This document shows, one piece after another, positions 60,920 to 64,000 of a stretch of 64,000 nt of DNA. The first letter of the stretch is position 1. Each line of letters starts with the position of its first letter. The position numbers were made by a program, and so were the translations under genes. This DNA comes from the human T2T-CHM13v2.0 reference genome, Homo sapiens: assembly GCF_009914755.1 (NCBI RefSeq), contig NC_060933.1. One strand, written 5' to 3'. The notes under the pieces are model-generated. The model saw only the letters and a program-made list of their open reading frames with translations, ran no database searches and was not told where the DNA came from.

Positions 60920-61510
60920 GTCTCTTCCTCCATCCAGGTGTCCATGCCACAAACTTGAGAGTCATCCTTAATTCTCTACCTCTCCATTCCGCCTCCCAAC
61001 AGATATCATATCTTGCCTATTCCACCTTATTAGTATCTGTGTATCTGTCCCATCGTGTTTCTCTGCTTCTGCAGGCCTTCATTATCTCCTAGCAGAATTA
61101 TTACACCCAGGTCTGTATTCGTTTTCCAACTTCCAATCTCATCTTCTCCAATCTCTCATCCACCACTAACCTAAACTCAGATTTGATCATGTTATTCCCT
61201 TAATTATAACTCTTCATTCATTCCAAATGCACTCCTTTGTTTCTTCTTCCATGCCCTTTCTTGGCTTAGCCTCATTTTGTCAGTTTGCCAAGCTTCTAGT
61301 ACTCTTCCTATGGCCAGTTCCTAGGGCCTCTATGAAGCCTTCCCTGACCACTCGATGAGAGCCCTTCCTGCTTTCATTTGGTGCTCCTGGGCCTGGTTCT
61401 TCTCTTGCAGTGCTCACTATTCTATAGTGCCTCAATCTGAGTTCTAGACTGTGCATCTCCCTGGAGCAAAATTCTGTGCTATTGAGCCCAGAACAACATC
61501 TAGCAGAGAA
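60920..61510 (+). mobile_element. L2 fragment
   Basis: aaacttgagagtcatccttaattct...cagatttgatcatgttattccc...ctctatgaagccttccctgacc...tagactgtgcatctccctgg. Confidence 0.7.
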
Positions 61511-62676
61511 TAGGTTCTTACTTGGTGTTTGTTTGATGAGGAGATGAGTAGTAAGGAGCTGCAGGCTTGAACAAACCTGATCCTCAGTTTGTAATATAGG
61601 GCAGGAAAGAAGGGTGCCTCTGCCCAGGAGCCTGAGAAATACTGCTGGGTCATGAGCCACATGGATCCACTAGGAGAATCCACCCTTAAACTGAAAAGTC
61701 ATCTGACCACAAGGAGGCAACTTAAGGTGCCCAGAACATAGAATATATATAGGTCAGTTTTCCACAGTGGCTACTTGCTATCTTTATAATGTTCTCTCCG
61801 CCACTTTCAGGAGCCGCTGTAGCCTACCCACTGAATTAATGTCCCGTCCTGACCATCCCCATCCATCCCTGAGTGTCAGGAAGCAGTAGGAGTCTGAAAC
61901 TCCTTCCCAAGCTCATGTAGTCAGAGTCAGAATCTCAGCATTCCTCACCCTCTCCCAAAGCAGGGTGTCACTCTTTCTCATGACACTTCATTGATCTCTA
62001 CTCTTTTTGACATATATCTAAAAACCTTCCTATAGCCATCTGAGCCCATCCTTCTCTTGGCCACCCACTGGAGAGATCTTACTTGTCCCTGTATCCTTAA
62101 AGTACCTGATCTGAGTAGATGCTCGTGAACTAAACAAATGAGTTAACTGATAACCTGGTTTCAGTGACGCTACAGTAACATTTCTTTCAGCTGTGCAGAG
62201 ACCCTATCTGGTGCCATTTGCCATTCTTTAAGTCTCTTTGGTCCCTGAGAGCACAGGAGGCAGGGTGTTGCCTGACACAATTAAGTGCTTAAAAGCTCCA
62301 TTTGTTCTTAAAACAAATCTCTTCCTCTCCAATTGCAGCCGAAGAGAAGACATAGACTGTGCGGCTGCACCAACAAGCTGAGCAGACAGACAATAGGGCC
62401 AGAGAGCCTATCCCTGTTTCTCATACAAACAATATACCGAACTCAACCCAACTGATCAACAGAGAGCCTTGGGCTGCTGGGAACTTCTCTAGATCAGTGA
62501 GGTGTATGGCTCAGACACAGAGCTGACACACAAAATGTGCCTATCCCTGGCAGTTTCTTTGGGAGAATCTGTGCTCAGAAACACTCAGGATTGTCTGAAA
62601 GATAGATACAGCAGGAATGGAGTCCAGTGGATAGGTCTCTAAGAGGAGCTCTCACTCCTTTCATAAGAAGACAGGA

Positions 62677-63027
<351 letters not shown>

Positions 63028-64000
63028 TCAGCTGCTGAGTTGCAACAAGGCCAATTAAATAATTGGTGTGATGGGGAAAGGAGGGAAGCCACTCCTTTCA
63101 GGCAAACTCCCACCAGAGACAGGAGGCTCCATGCAGCTGTGACAACAGCAGCAGCAATAACAGGGCAGGGATCTCCTCCTCTTCCTCCCACTAGCTGAGA
63201 TCTAATGCTTAAATTAGCACCTTGGAAACACCCAGATCTGCTGGCTGCCTTCTCTCCCAGTTCTGCCACGCCCCCAGGCCTTCTTTTCAAGCCTGAGTTT
63301 CTCTTTCAATTAAATAATTAAAAAAATAAAGATGTGCTCCCCCTAGAGTTTATCTTTCCAAGTAGGCAATGGCCTCTGGATTCTTCCCATCACTATGGGA
63401 TGGGGAGAGTTATTTGATGATGGCGCCCATGTGACAAGCCTCTATCCATACAGCTTGGTCCAGAAAGGGGCAATGATGATGACACCAGCGTTGCCTGGCT
63501 CCCTTGAGGCTTAATGAGTCAGCCCCTACTCTGCCCTCAGTGGAGGATCACACTAAGAGAGTGAGCAAGAGAAACAAACTTTGACACACTGTGGGCTCAA
63601 GGGCAGGGTCACATCTGTGTCTGTGTTGCTAACCACTCTATCCCTAATACTCAGTTTAATATTTGGGACAGAGCAGATGCTCAATAATTATTTGGTAAAC
63701 CAATTGCTGAATCAATGATATCAGGTCTCTGTGGTATTCTTTAGAAGGGAGAGTGAGGAGCTATTGTTTAAACTTTAAAGAGATAGTTTGTCTTCATCTC
63801 ATAAATGGAAAAACAATCGAGGAAGGAGGAGAGACTTCCTAGAGGTCTCAATAAATGGCAAAAAAATGAAATAGGTCATAGCTAAGTCTGAGCCTGGGAC
63901 CCTGGTTTTTATGGCCTATCCAAATACCCTTAAAGAGCCACTTTGCCCTCTTTTTTGCCCTTTACCTCTATGATATGCTATCTTGATTTTTTTTTTTTTT

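Overview
Human (primate) genomic DNA, rich in Alu/L1/L2/MIR repeats, recognisable as the FAM219A - C9orf24 (SPMIP6/SMRP1) locus (9p13.3, from prior knowledge). On the minus strand are coding exons 2-6 of FAM219A (14453-9454; GT-AG sites and reading phases verified base by base), its ~2.8 kb 3'UTR ending near an ATTAAA at 6690-6695, and, only a few hundred bp further, the first coding exon of C9orf24 (6123-5989). Everything right of 14453 is FAM219A intron 1; exon 1 and the head-to-head DNAI1 gene should lie just beyond the window. The intron holds most of the window's ~35 Alu-family elements, an intact solo LTR12C (HERV9) with a 4-bp TSD, old LINE/DNA-transposon fragments and several microsatellites. 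There is no new protein-coding gene and I cannot claim a new biological system. Best leads: (1) the LTR12C as a promoter antisense to FAM219A and aimed at DNAI1, with a strong splice donor just downstream; (2) a 73-nt candidate poison exon built on a 35-bp tandem duplication; (3) phase-compatible FAM219A to C9orf24 read-through; (4) a CaaX/Cys cluster, acidic dileucine and SSGYSS degron in FAM219A; (5) two DNA-repair scars, a 447-bp 98%-identical local duplication and a perfect 36-bp inverted repeat with iterated AT filler. Repeat subfamily labels and most repeat boundaries are by-eye estimates.
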